A stretch of 63,539 nucleotides of DNA, filler included, from Welwitschia mirabilis (GCA_051453625.1; 4 parts of one record of this genome joined end to end with filler, not necessarily neighbours in it); one strand, 5' to 3'. Numbered from the whole stretch's first letter, positions 28,801 to 42,118 are shown. The notes: generated from the sequence alone by a model not told the origin. Program-made: numbers and translations.

Positions 28801-30192
28801 TTAAAGTATTTTCATTTCCTTGTACAATCAACCAAAGATTATTTCATCTCAAACTTGTAATTTTTGTTTCATTTAAGTTTTATTGCAAGGAGAATAATCT
28901 TGTATCTTTTGATTAATTTACCATGTATATCTCTGTGGAAGAGTGATATGTAGATGCAAATTTAGTTTTAAATCTAGATCACTACAAAGCTATGATTACA
29001 TAGAATTTGAAGAAACTTTTTTTACTAATGGCATGTATGAAATATGTAATAATTCTTTTCATCTTTTCATGTATCAAAGAGTTTAAACTTTATCAACACT
29101 TTAGAACTGAACATATTGATGTCATACATTACTTCTTTAGAAAGCATGTACAAAACAAGAACATCATGTTGGATTATGTTGATATGACTGATCAACTTGA
29201 TGATTTTTTCATCAAATCATTGGATGTAAAAGGGTTTATCAAACTATACTAGAACTTATATATTAGGCCTTCTCCAATGAGGTGAGTAAATATTTAATCT
29301 CTATGAAATCTAAACCCAACATCTTATTTATTGATACTTTATAAGTTGGAATATTAACTAGATCTTAGATAATTATATCATGTACATTTTATTCTAACAC
29401 TTTCAAGATATGATAGTTTCATGTTGACAATAGTTGTAGAAGATCTTGAAGTTTCTATTTTATAGAAAAAACATCTTTGAAACTATAGATGTCTAAATTT
29501 AAAACATCCTTGATGTTGCATGCATATTTCAAGTATATGTCTTTGGTTTATGTAAACCTCTTTAGAGGTTAGGTATTTTTTATTATTTCTATTTATTTTT
29601 GAAATAGATGTTTTTGTTTTGACAGACATATTTTTCACACTTAGGTAACTATTAAAATTTTACATTAGAATAGATCTTTAAGTTTAATAGATGTCTACTT
29701 TTATCATTTTAGATGTCTTTCAAGTAGTAAACATATTAACATAGTACATCAAAGATTAAAAAACACAAAAAAAATGAGGGTTTCAACCTTTCTAAGTAGG
29801 AAAGGAATAACCAATCTTCATTTTTAGCCCTCCACTTAATAGGTATTCCCTTTAGAGTATCTTAAAGTCTTCCTTTTCTCAAATCTCTTAGCATAGATGC
29901 CTTTGAATTGAAAGAAGTCAACATAGGAAGCAAATAAAATGCTACATCTTTGATAGATAGTTTTTTTTCATTGGTTCTTTTAAATATTTTATTAGAGTTT
30001 AGCTATTTTAGTTTCTTACTCTCAAAATGATGAGGAAAAATCCTTTTAATGCTTTAAAAGAAAAGGAACCTATCATTGAAACATAGAGACCTCAGTATGA
30101 ACCATAATTTTATCATGAATCAGCAATAAAATGGTTTAAAACTTGGCCTAGAAACTCTTTCCTTATAGAAATAACTCTTATTTTTCAAAAAC
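22860..30192 (+). mobile_element. Decayed SIRE-like Ty1/copia element: 5' LTR ~22860-24189, tRNA-Met-type PBS ~24191, gag from ~24250, protease ~25985, integrase ~26350-27200, RT start ~27480-27710, RNase H ~29000-29270
   Basis: PBS tagtatcgaag (consensus TGGTATCAGAGC); LFNGINNAYWKVRM; YVDSRCSRHMI; IRNDNGNTFKN; EEFN*FESCNVWKLI; RTEHIDVIHYFFRKHV..DQLDDFFIKSL. Most of RT is missing. Confidence 0.8.
27711..28990 (+). mobile_element. Probable LTR (gypsy/Athila-like) replacing most of the copia RT
   Basis: Abrupt switch from RT coding (EEGM) to non-coding DNA with LTR-like features, including ctctgtggaa near the end. Boundaries are approximate. Confidence 0.45.
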
Positions 30193-30292
30193 NNNNNNNN
30201 NNNNNNNNNNNNNNNNNNNNNNNNNNNNNNNNNNNNTTAATTAATTAANNNNNNNNNNNNNNNNNNNNNNNNNNNNNNNNNNNNNNNNNNNN
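30193..30292. other. Assembly gap with artificial linker N44-TTAATTAATTAA-N44 (also at 35651-35750 and 55830-55929)
   Basis: Identical 100-bp construct three times; the 12-mer places stop codons in all six frames. Confidence 0.95.
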
Positions 30293-33200
30293 CGTTTAAA
30301 TTTATTCCAAAGAAGAATATACCGCCTAAGTCAAATAAGACTAAGTTGATTAAAAATAATAATCTCCAAAACTTTGTGTCACATATAAATTGTAGAGAAT
30401 CTCATGTGAAAAGATGGTATCTAGATAGCAGTTTTTCAATGCATATGATAGGAGATAAATTAAGTTTTCAAAGGTTAAAGAGCATAAATGATGAAAAAGT
30501 CATTTTTAAAAACAACTAAATAGTATCAAAAGAGGTATGTCACCTAATCGCAATAATGTACTTTATATGAATGGCTTACAATACAATTTATTAAGTGCTA
30601 GTCAACTATATGACAAAAGAAATAGAATAATCTTTAATAATCTAAATGTATAGTTGAGAATGAGAAAATAAATGTTGTCATTTTATGTGCAAAGTATGTT
30701 GATAATGCTTATAGTTTAGATATTAAAACTCTAGATCAATTAATACATACAAATCAACAATTTAGGAAATATAGTAATAAAATTAAATGTTTTTTTATGA
30801 ACTATGATGTAAACTCTAGTTTTAATAATTATTCTATTTCTCATAAAAGTGATCTGGAGTGTTGTACACTATTCCTTGGCTGATTGTAGGGCAGTCAACT
30901 GGATTAATGATTTGGTCGATCGGATGTGATCAGTCGACTGGTTTGAAAGCTTGGTCGTCTAGACCACTTTTAGTACTATAAACCTGCATCTCAACAAATT
31001 GATCAGATGTTGGAGTGGTTGATTAGACCTACCAAATTACTGTGTAAAAGTACATTCAGTGGACCTGATTTCTTTATAAAATCTGCCCTATTTTCTTCAT
31101 CCTATAAAAGAACTACAATCCTAACCCATTTCCATCTCATTCTAGTGCCTTCAAACCTTCAGATCTAGTGATTTTTTTCAAGTTTAAGAAATTGTTACAA
31201 CCAGATCCAGTGTTTTTCATAGTTCTTCTCTTCTTCAAGTTCTTATAATGGCAGCTAGCGCTTTTAGAATAGGTCCAAAGAATTTTTCTTTAAAGAAACC
31301 TTCTTAATTCTTCCATGGAATGTCTGAGGAAGTCTTGGACAAGTTCTATGAGAAGTTCAAAAAGAAACCTATGTGCTAGAAGTGGTCTATAGCTTCATCA
31401 GATTTTAGAGAGCTAAGAGATATTATTTGGCTCTTAAGAGATCAAGATCTGGATCATTTTATAGATCTTTTAGGTTTTGCATATTCTTTTCTTACTAGAA
31501 TGTTTTACTATAATGCTTCATTTAATCATGATACCAGGACTCTAGAAATCTTAGTTTTGGATAGAAGGATTAAAGTAACAGTAGATCTCATTTCTAAGTT
31601 AATCAATCTTCTTCAAAGAGACTATGAGGAATTTTAGCCTCTGAGGAACACAATGGAAGATAAGCCAGTAATCACCAAGAAGATTTATGATAAAATGCAT
31701 TCTTGGAAGCATACTATTTCTACTTCTCTATTGACTCCTAACTATTGCTTTAGCCATTTTATCTTTACTTATAATTTTCTGCCTTTAGCTAGTCATCATG
31801 ATAAGGCCTCTAGCTATAGAGCTTATTTGATATATTTGGCAGAAACTGAGCATTCTATTGATGCTCTTACCATAATATTGAAAAATATGGCTTCATAATT
31901 GGAGTACCACAAAACTATATCTCTACCTTACTTTGTTCTTATCAATAAAATTTGTTTCCATTTCCTTGTTAATCTACATTATTCTTTAGAGACTCTTCAA
32001 CCCTTATCATCCATTGGACGTGTGACTTTGTCTTGCATGCATATTTTTTCTTATTCAAAGAAATCCCCTTCTGAAACCCCTAAGGTAACATCTCTGGATG
32101 AGACTCTTTCATATTTGAAATAGATTGACTCTCGCACTAGGCATATGAAAGGAGCATTCATAGCAGCTGGATATGACATTATAAATACCTTAGTTGAAGG
32201 TACTAGCTTTGCTCATACTGGAGGAGATGAAGAAGTTTCAAAGGAGGAATCTAAAGAGGATTAAGAAGAAGAGGAGGTATTAAATTAAATTCTTCTTTCC
32301 TTTTATACCTTTATTATGTTATTTTCTCTTTTACTCTTGTTGTCAAAAAGATAATTTCATACCTTTCTTTATGAAATTTTTTAAATGTATGCTCTTGATG
32401 AGTAATTCTTTCTTTCTTACTCAGTATAGAACTTTGTAATAGATTATTTTATTAATGAAATTTAGTCTTATATTTGAGCTTAATCTTTGCATTATTTTGA
32501 CATTCTTAAATGCTATATTCTTTGGAACAAAATTAAAATTATCATCTCAAGTAAAAATAAGTTAGAATGTTTTTATCATATGTTATATCATCATTTGATA
32601 TTATAGCTTATTCTCAAATGGTATCATTTAAATTTGTAATTCATAAGTATTGTTTTGATCAGTAATTTTGTAGAATTTTACACATATTTAAGATTATCTC
32701 ATTTAAATTCACAACTTGTCTATTTCAAATGCTTTAATATGCTTTTAAAATTTTGGCTTATCATCATTCATCATTTGGTATCAACATAGGGGAAGAATAT
32801 GTTTCAAAAGTTCCTAAATATGATGATTATTTATTATTGATGTCAAAGGGAGAGAGAAGATGTAGTGCTTTCAATTCAATATTAAATTTAATATGCTCCT
32901 TTTATTGTAATTTTTGAAGATTTTGTGCTATTTGGTCAAAGGGATACCTATCTTACCTTTTACTTACATATGTATATGTCTTGATGTAAGGGGGAGCTTT
33001 TTGACTTTTTAATGTGTTCTTAAAAATGTCTAGTGAATGAGTTTAAATTATTTAAATCTTTGAAATCACTAAATTNNNNNNNNNNNNNNNNNNNNNNNNN
33101 NNNNNNNNNNNNNNNNNNNNNNNNNNNNNNNNNNNNNNNNNNNNNNNNNNNNNNNNNNNNNNNNNNNNNNNNNNNTACATTTTCAAGATTTCCTCATTTA

Positions 33201-34931
33201 AAAGCACAATTTGTCTATTAAAAATGCCTTAATATGTTTTAAGAAATTTTTGGCTTATTATTATTTATCATTTAGTAAATACATAGGGGGAGAATATGTT
33301 TTAAAAGTGCCTAAATATGATTATTATTTGCCATTGATGTCAAAGGGGAAGAGAAGATGTAGTGCTTTCAATTTAATATTAAATTTAATATGCTCTTTTT
33401 ATTATAATTTTTGAGGATTTTGTGCTATTTAGTCAAAGAGGAGAAAATATTACCTATCTTATCTTTTGCTTACATATGTATATGTCTTGATGTAAGGGAG
33501 AGCTTTTTGACTTTTTATGTGTTCTTAAAAATGTTTAATAAATGATTTGACATTGTTTAAATCTTTGAAATCACTAAATTATTTGCTATCAATGTTAAAG
33601 GAAGAGATTGTTAGATTATATTTTCTAATTAATATCAAACTAATTCCTCTGGTATAGTGTAAATTTATCAAATATTATGTGTAGATGAGTTTGAGTTATG
33701 CAAGTAAAAGATGTGGATCAAAATGCATAAAAAAAACTGCTTAGTTATGTTTACTTCCAATGGGGGTCAACCAGATCCTAGAGGAGTCAACCGCACCTGA
33801 AGCAAATAACAGAAGTAAACTAAACCTAGAGGAGTCAACTAGATTATGAAGGGGTCAACCAAACTTGTGATCTCAAGCACCAATAATCCCAGACTGAGAG
33901 TAATGGAGTTGACCAAATATTCATGGGGTCGACCGGATTTTAGGAGCTAACAGTCAAGTTCTAGACTAAAAGGAAAGGGGTCAACTAGATTTTCATAGGA
34001 TCGACTGAACCTAAGAAGCTGATAAAGTCCATTGTTCTAGACTAAGAGATAAGGGGTTAACCGGACTCAGGACGGTATCAACCAAGTTCCTATGGGGTCA
34101 ACCGGATATTTTTGGGATTGACTGGATGGTACAGAAAAGTAAATCTTGTAGACATTATATATCTATTACTTATTAGTTTTCTAGCCGTGTATAGTCATTG
34201 GAGGTGCAATTTAATTGTATTAAATCCTAGTAACCCTCCATTATAAATACCTAGGAAAGAGATAACTTAGAGATCTTTTGGCACATTTTCAAATCAGTAT
34301 ATTCATTGTGGATCTAAAATATCAAGTAGCATATTGCATTGGAATATCTTTTGTGCTGACTCATATTTGATTAAAGAGATCTATTCTTGTATTAAGACAT
34401 CACTCAGAATTAGATCTAAGGACTTCATCACTATATTCATTTAGAGAAGAGATCCATTCTATGTATTGGTATTGAATAAGTAATATTAGAGCTACAAAGG
34501 CTTCATTGCATCACTTATATTCATTGTCAAAGGTTGAGACTTAACCTGCAAAAATCTATTATCAAAGGTTGAGACTTAACCTGTAAAAGTCCATTGTTAA
34601 GGTTGAGACTTAGCCTATAAAAATCCACTTGTAAGGATTAACAGGTGAGCCTAGCAAAACCTGTGAAGTAATAGAGATCTAAGATTAAGCTTGGAAGAAG
34701 CTGGTCATCAAGAGTGAAGTAGGGAAGTTCCTGAACCACTATAAATCTTGCATGCATCCAAACTAGTAGTTTCTATTTTATTGTTCACATTCATTTTTAT
34801 TTATTCTTTGTATGCATGATCTTGATTTTATTATTCATTTATATGCAATCTATGATTACATTTTGTTGAGTTATTTTGAGCTTAAAGTTTTGTAAAAATC
34901 TATTCACCCCCAAGGGTTCTCGATTCTATCA
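30293..34931 (+). mobile_element. Second SIRE-like copia element, internally deleted: protease ~30415, decayed extra (env-like position) ORF ~31248-32280, multi-PPT region, 3' LTR 33609-34931
   Basis: WYLDSSFSMHMIGDK; repeated gatgtcaaaggg(g)gag motifs; PPT aaaggaagagat followed by TGTTAG; TATA-like tataaatacc at ~34242; gaaccactataaa; terminal attcacccc...CA. Athila 3' UTR resumes at 34932. Confidence 0.8.
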
Positions 34932-35650
34932 CTTACTTCTCTGACTATGGTTGCATTCCCTTTATCATGGATAACAAAATAATAAAAACTAAAAAGATAA
35001 GAAATCAGTGGTGTTCCTAGTGTTATTAGAGGCATTGCATATTTTTTAGACTTTTAGTCCTTTTACATAATAATTTCATTTCTTGAGATTCAGGTGTTTG
35101 TTTTTAGATGTTGGCAAGTGAATTCATTTTTGAGTAATTCTTTCGTCTAATCATTCATTTTTTAAAGCATTTTATTTTTAGCATTGTCATAACCATTGCC
35201 TTATCAAATGGAATTTTTTTATACATTAAAGTCATGAATTTTTAAAATCAAGTGATCTTATGATTTCTTTCATAAGAGTTTGCTAGGTTAAAATTTTAGA
35301 GAGGTAAGCTATCTTTTTATGTTATCTTATGTCCATTCTTTCTTATTTTGTTGTTTAGTTAGTTATTTCAAAGTCATTATCATATTTTCTTATCTTTTTA
35401 GGTCCTTAACATTTAATGTTTTATGTGCTCAAGTTTTGAATAAAGAGTTGATTTATTACTTAAATGATTTTCTTTAATAATTTTATGATGTTTATTTTTT
35501 TAGTTTTTGGAGTTGTAAACACTACTCTTAATCATTTTTGTGATGAAATATTTTCATTATCCACTCATTATTTACTTGTTAGAATATTTCATACATCTAT
35601 ATTTCTTATTTTATTTCTTTGCTATACTATTAATACAATAAGTATTGTTT
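34932..35650 (+). mobile_element. Athila-type 3' UTR fragment (target of the SIRE insertion)
   Basis: cttacttctctgactatggttgcattccctttatcatgg is homologous to sequence at 452, 4712 and 11038. Confidence 0.7.
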
Positions 35651-35750
35651 NNNNNNNNNNNNNNNNNNNNNNNNNNNNNNNNNNNNNNNNNNNNTTAATT
35701 AATTAANNNNNNNNNNNNNNNNNNNNNNNNNNNNNNNNNNNNNNNNNNNN

Positions 35751-36840
35751 TCTACTAATTCTTAATTAACATACACTATTAGATCTACCAAGTAGAATAT
35801 GCAATATGCAATATGAATGAAATAGAAATTCAATGAAAACCTACTACTAACTAAGGTCAATCTTAACAAAGGTTGCTCTCATGATCTAAATAAATCTAAG
35901 CTTGTAACTAACTAAGATCAACTTAAATCATAATGGACATTCACAGAATTGAAGTGAAAAAAGTAATTATATTAACTAAAAGAACTTTACATCTACTTGC
36001 AACAAAATAATAGCTCCTAAATGGAAGAGTCAGAGCCTAACATAATGGAAACCCAACAAAATAATAGCTCCTAAATGGAAGAGTCAGAGCCTAACATAAT
36101 GGAAACCCCTTCCTGCAGCTATTGGATGGACCTTCTACCTTCAAGCTTCCGTCACAAGCATATCAAGTATAAAAGATGGTTTGGAAGTAAAGGAGGAAAG
36201 GGTATTTATAGTTTTACAATGAACTGTAACTCTAAACATTCGTTAAGAAAATCCTAGCCACCCACATGACCCGTTTGGCAGTCTTTATACTGAAATTTAT
36301 TACTGCAATGTAAAAACAGTTATTGTCCATTCTATCGTCCACATGACAGAGGGGACGATGCNNNNNNNNNNNNNNNNNNNNNNNNNNNNNNNNNNNNNNN
36401 NNNNNNNNNNNNNNNNNNNNNNNNNNNNNNNNNNNNNNNNNNNNNNNNNNNNNNNNNNNNNNNNNNNNNNNNNNNNNNNNNNNNNNNNNNNNNNNNNNNN
36501 NNNNNNNNNNNNNNNNNNNNNNNNNNNNNNNNNNNNNNNNNNNNNNNNNNNNNNNNNNNNNNNNNNNNNNNNNNNNNNNNNNNNNNNNNNNNNNNNNNNN
36601 NNNNNNNNNNNNNNNNNNNNNNNNNNNNNNNNNNNNNNNNNNNNNNNNNNNNNNNNNNNNNNNNNNNNNNNNNNNAAGTATCAGATCATTCCTGAAATTC
36701 CTCCAATTATGCTAAGAATTACATGCTTTCATGATCATCTTGTCATCTCTCCATAATTAGCAGAATTGCATCTAAACCTATATAAATGTCCTACAAAATC
36801 CAAATACATCATCAAATTCCTATAAATTGGCATCGCAACA
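35751..36840 (-). mobile_element. Athila-family LTR, minus strand, truncated by a gap
   Basis: The reverse complement starts TGTTGCGATGCCAATTTATAGGAATTTG, matching the other LTR starts. Confidence 0.7.
36001..36108 (+). repeat. Perfect 54-bp tandem duplication
   Basis: aacaaaataatagctcctaaatggaagagtcagagcctaacataatggaaaccc occurs twice. Confidence 0.95.
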
Positions 36841-37043
36841 TAGGCATTTGATTTTAAAGAATGATTTTGAAAGACTATCGTCCCCATAATCATCTAGATA
36901 ACACATGGTTACATTATCTACTAGGTAAAACATTTTAGTTTATTAAATTTAAAGATCTAATCCTACATACTAAGATTTCTGAACTTGATTTAGATATCCC
37001 TAGTTAGTGTTTATCTTAGTTAATTTGGCGCACNNNNNNNNNN

Positions 37044-37876
37044 GTAAGGGACTGATAAGGCTAAGTGTGGGTCTATCTTGCAATGCCAAATTGTATGTTT
37101 TTGATGGGGTATTTTGAGTAGTTTTATAGGACATTTAAACAGGTTTAAGAAGAAAACAACAATTATTGAGAGACAAGGAAAAAATCATGAAAATACACAA
37201 ATACTAATACATTTGAAGGCATTTTGAATAAATTCTGATACTTTACATTTTAAGGAGGAATTAATGATCTAGAAATTCAAATTCACTTTATAAAAAAGAT
37301 TCAAAAAGCCTATCATTCCCTCCATCATCTAGACGATAGCACTGGCCGACAACACTTGTAAGCTAGTTAGGACANNNNNNNNNNNNNNNNNNNNNNNNNN
37401 NNNNNNNNNNNNNNNNNNNNNNNNNNNNNNNNNNNNNNNNNNNNNNNNNNNNNNNNNNNNNNNNNNNNNNNNNNGCCTATCATTCCCTCCATCATCTAGA
37501 CGATAGCACTGGATGACAACACTTGTAAGCTAGTTAGGACATTGACTAAACCAAGATGCATGCTAATGTGAACCTCTGTTAACGTGGCATCATCTTCTAC
37601 ATCATCCAGATGACCATCAGGATGACACCTAAATTAGTTAATGCATCAAACTTTATCTAACTTATACAGTGTGTCATGCACTCTCCACACGCCATTAGAG
37701 TTTTTAATCTGTCTCTTAAATTTGCATTGTTAGAGTCTGTAGTTGTAAATAAATACCTCCTTCATCCTCAACTCTAAATTTTATCTTCGTTGCACTAGAA
37801 ATTCTCATGACAGAAGATTAGAGGGTAGAAGATTCATCCGTTAGTTGAAGAGAGGAGTCTTCCTTGGTGTTAGTAT
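37044..37876 (+). mobile_element. Athila-family PPT region and partial 3' LTR (from 37076)
   Basis: agggactgataaggctaagtgtgggtcta followed by t(c)ttgcaatgccaaatt, colinear with the 5092 LTR. Confidence 0.8.
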
Positions 37877-38904
37877 NNNNNNNNNNNNNNNNNNNNNNNN
37901 NNNNNNNNNNNNNNNNNNNNNNNNNNNNNNNNNNNNNNNNNNNNNNNNNNNNNNNNNNNNNNNNNNNNNNNNNNNNGCCACTACAGAACCTGGTAATTCT
38001 ATTTTTCAAAAATTATATTTTTAGTTTCTTTTTTCTTTTCACATAAATTTTGTACTTAACCAAACCTCATTTGCCAAAATTAGTCATACAAGATCATAAG
38101 GGCTAAATGGTTGTTCTCAATTTCAGACATTTTTATTAGATTTGCCACACCATTAACTGCAACATAGAGGTTAATGTTTTGCATTCATAGAGTATATGCT
38201 TTGTTGTGTATAGAAGCTCTTAAAGTTTGTGTTTCTGATATTTTGAAATCATAAATTCAAAATTCAATGTCCAGTGAAAGCAATGAAGAGATGCTACAAT
38301 AAGTTAAAATCCTAAAAGCCACCAGGCAACTATGAATTCTTTCTCTTACTACCATCTTCAATGTTATAAAGACTTCATATTAAGGCAATCTTTTGTGCTT
38401 TAGGATTGGTAACATTCATTTGGTGGAGGATTTAGGCACTGCAAGGACCAAGGATTAGAAATGATCACCTATAAAAGTTAGCTAGGAAATGCCCTCTGCA
38501 TCATCCTACTATTTATAAACCATGGAGATTTCTCTCACCAGATCCTTCTTCCCTCAAGTCCAAGGCCTTTACCTTGTAGGGCATTTTTGCCCCTGTCGTG
38601 ATTTCTCCATAGTTATATTTCACTTCCCAAAGAGTTCGTTCCTATTGATCTTAAAATATCCATGGATGCTACAAAAGTCACATGCCTAGCACATCCCATT
38701 TTATACTGTTTACCATTGAAACAATGTGCCTATGATGTGAATCTCCTTTCTCTACCCCATGTTTGGTATAATTTTCTTATATGTCAGTATGGAAAGTAGG
38801 GTAATGTGAACATGATAGCCGTTTAACCCTACTTTGTGCTATGTATTGGTGTGATCTTGCTTCTAATTTTCATATATTTTACTAGTAATTTTTTTTTAAT
38901 GCAC

Positions 38905-39121
38905 AGAAATTTTGAGGCGTTTGTCATAAAGGTAACCTTTTGAGGTGTTTTTCACATAAATGCCGCAAAATGATTTTTAAGGCATTTACAAATCAACACC
39001 TTAAAGGTGATATGCTTTTAAGGCCTGGGTTTTTAAAGTGTTTTGTGAAGAAACGCCTTAAAACCATTTAAGGCATTTTCCAACACCTTTTAAGGCATTT
39101 CAGCCTATATTTCTTGTAGTG
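38905..39121. mobile_element. CACTA (En/Spm) DNA transposon terminus with subterminal repeats
   Basis: Ends ttcttgtagtg (reverse complement CACTACAAGAA), preceded by many AAGGCATTT/GAGGCGTTT/AAACGCCT motifs in both orientations. Confidence 0.75.
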
Positions 39122-40304
39122 ACTATCATTTTAGACATCTTTTAGCTGGTAGAAATCTTCTGAAAGCTATTGCAAAAATAAAAAATATATAAAAAATAAT
39201 TGTTTTGACACTTTTTAATTAGAAAAGAGTCCACAATCTATCATTTTCATTTCTTTACTTAACACGTATCCCTCTGAGAGCTCTTTTCTAGCCTGTTTCT
39301 TAAGACCTCTCTGCAAAGACATCTTAGATTTAGCAAACATCTTCATACAAGTATAATAGGTATTCTTTTCTTATGTAGGTGCTCCTTTTCATTGATTCTT
39401 TCAATTTTGATTGTTATTAGTTTAGTTCTTCCATATGTTCTTCAAACATAGTGAGGTAAAATCCATTTGATACCTTAAAAGGCAAAGATGCAGCTACAAA
39501 ATCTCATAGACCATAATATGAATCTCATTTTTATCATGAGTCTGCTTTCAAACACTACAAAAATTGGATCATAAACTTCATCATTGTAGAAAGCACTCTT
39601 GAATTTAAAATTAGACAAAATATTAGCTTTTTGCATATTTTTCATGTGTTGAATAAAACATGGTTTTCCAATTGGACTAGGGCATTGTAGATCCTATTAA
39701 CAAAGAATTTAATTCTAACATTCATGAGATAGATGACTACACTAGAAATTTGCAAATGCAGGTATAAGGTACTTATGTATTTCTTACACCTATTTTCATA
39801 AATCCGATGCCTGCTATTAAGATTTAGAACTACCATAATTATATGTGCATTCATTCAGAGATATATTTAGTTGTCACTCTGTTAATATTTCATAATATTT
39901 AATGCATAATGTGCTACTTAGGCATTAAAGAATGAATTTTTATAAGAATATAAAAAGTTAGGAAATGGTACTAAATGCTTCTGTTATAAGTTTAATCACA
40001 TTTTATAACATACTTATTTAGGGTGGTACCTATAGCTATTTCAATCCCATGTAGACTTTTGTCGTTTATTATCTTCTTATAGGGCTAAAGATTCATTTAG
40101 GCTTTATCTTATGTATGGGAACTATTAATCTTTTCTAGAAGGATCAAACTTTAGATTACCCTTACTTAATTAATTTGATTATCAATAGTGCTAGCATTTT
40201 AGTGCCATAAGTAAATCTCATCTGTCTAAAGAAGCCACTTGCAGAATTTAGTAAAAAACAATGAGTAATAGTACCTGAAGGTAAAGGCATAAGTATAAGA
40301 CCAT

Positions 40305-41536
40305 TATTATGATGCCAAATTATATGTTTTTAATGGGTTATTTAGGTACTTTTATAAGACTTATAGACAGGTTAAGTGAAAATCAATTACTATTTAGAAT
40401 CAATGAGAAAATCATGGGAATGCATAAGTACCAATACATTGAGAGGAATTTTGGGTATATTCCAATACTTCACATTCTAATAAGGAGTTAATGATCTTTA
40501 AGGCCATATTTACTTGATTGAAGAGCTTTAAGAAGTCTATGGTCTCCTCCATTATTTGGATGACAATGCTAGATGACAACATGTGGATGCCAATAATGAT
40601 GCTGACTGGACCAAAGATGAATGAAATTCTCTTAACATGGCATTATTTCCATCATCATCTAGACAATCATCAGGATGACACCTAAAGTTAGTCAATGCAC
40701 TAAACTTTACCAAACTTATATAATGTGTCATGTCCCTTCCATGTGCTATTATTTCATCTATTAGATTTACTATTTTTAGAGTTTGTAGTTGTAAATAAAT
40801 ACTACCTTTACCACTGCTTCAACTTTATCTTCTTTGGCACAAAAAAATTTTTGCAATAGAAGATTAAATAATGGAAGGTCTATTTGTTAGTTATAAAGAG
40901 GGGTCTTCCTTAGTGTTGGGTTATGTCTCCTTCATTGAGATGCTATTACTTTATAAAAATATGTTGGTTTGACTTTTAATGAAAATCTTCTTTTAGTTTT
41001 ATTCATGTACATGTCCCTTATGATTTATGTTGCTTATGATTCTATGACAGCTTCATTTGTAATATAGATCATCAAGGGCAATCTTTTTCAAGGTTGAAAT
41101 CATTAGTTTAAGAACTTGCATTATGCTTTACATTTCCTAGATTAATCATTGCATATTTTCCATATTCTATTCGATGTACTTGATATCCTAGGTTGGTTAT
41201 GGTTAGTGACAATTTCCTTAATTGATCTAGGTTACACAGGGTCAATCTTGATGACAGAGACTTGATAGTCAGATAGATATTGCATTTAGAGTAGTTTGCA
41301 TTTTGCATTGCGTTAGTGTGTTTATTTTCTTACATTATGATTATCATTTTGAGTCATAAAAAAATACAAAAATACATCACTTAAATTAATTATCTAGCTT
41401 CGAGCTTAGTGCCTTTGACAGATTACAACATTTAAGTTGACTCTCATATGTATTAGTGTGTTGTGTTTGTGCATATATTTGTGATTAATAAGATTTAATA
41501 AAGGACGTAACATTTGCATAAATATGCACCGCAACA
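40305..41536 (+). mobile_element. Full-length Athila-family LTR (~1.23 kb)
   Basis: Colinear with 5092-6463. Ends aatatgcaccgcAACA and is preceded by a decayed aaggc.taagt motif. Confidence 0.85.
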
Positions 41537-42055
41537 TTAACCTACTTGTCAAACAGTTTCAGAAATTGACTATTTCTAGACAGAATCGATTTTACATCCT
41601 TCAATCATTATTATTATCATACAATATATTACATTTCCATTTACACACTATCCCATCATAAGCAATGACATCCAGTTATAACTAGTTCTCCTAATTTTCT
41701 TCCAAATGTTGAGATTCATCTCTCTTCTTCTTCAATAGTCTTGTCTTCCTTTCTTTTTTTCTTGCATATGCAGACCTACATATTATTTTCTACAAGTATG
41801 CATATAATTTTTTAAAATAGTAAAACTAGTTAAGCTAACAAGTTTAGTATTCATGTGTACCTTTTAATGATTTACAAATTATTAAAAAAAGGTTCAAATT
41901 TTGGATATGGCATCTATGTTATTAAATCTTCGTCTATGTTTACTAGACTTCATTCAAGTATCAAGATTCGATTCATGAAATGTTCTTACTGTTTACAACA
42001 TTTTAATATATATGCCTCTATTATTTTTACGGTATTTCATAATTATAAAAGTTTT

Positions 42056-42058
<3 letters not shown>

Positions 42059-42116
<58 letters not shown>
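42059..42116 (+). repeat. (CA)n microsatellite, about 29 units
   Basis: Directly visible. Confidence 0.98.

Positions 42117-42118
<2 letters not shown>

Noticed and set aside
33760..34640. Regularly spaced short repeats resembling a CRISPR array
   Set aside because: The repeats are degenerate, unevenly spaced and inside a plant copia LTR, and there are no cas genes.
37308..37540. ~66-bp direct repeat flanking the 37375-37474 gap
   Set aside because: Near-identical sequence on both sides of an N-run is most likely an unmerged contig overlap.
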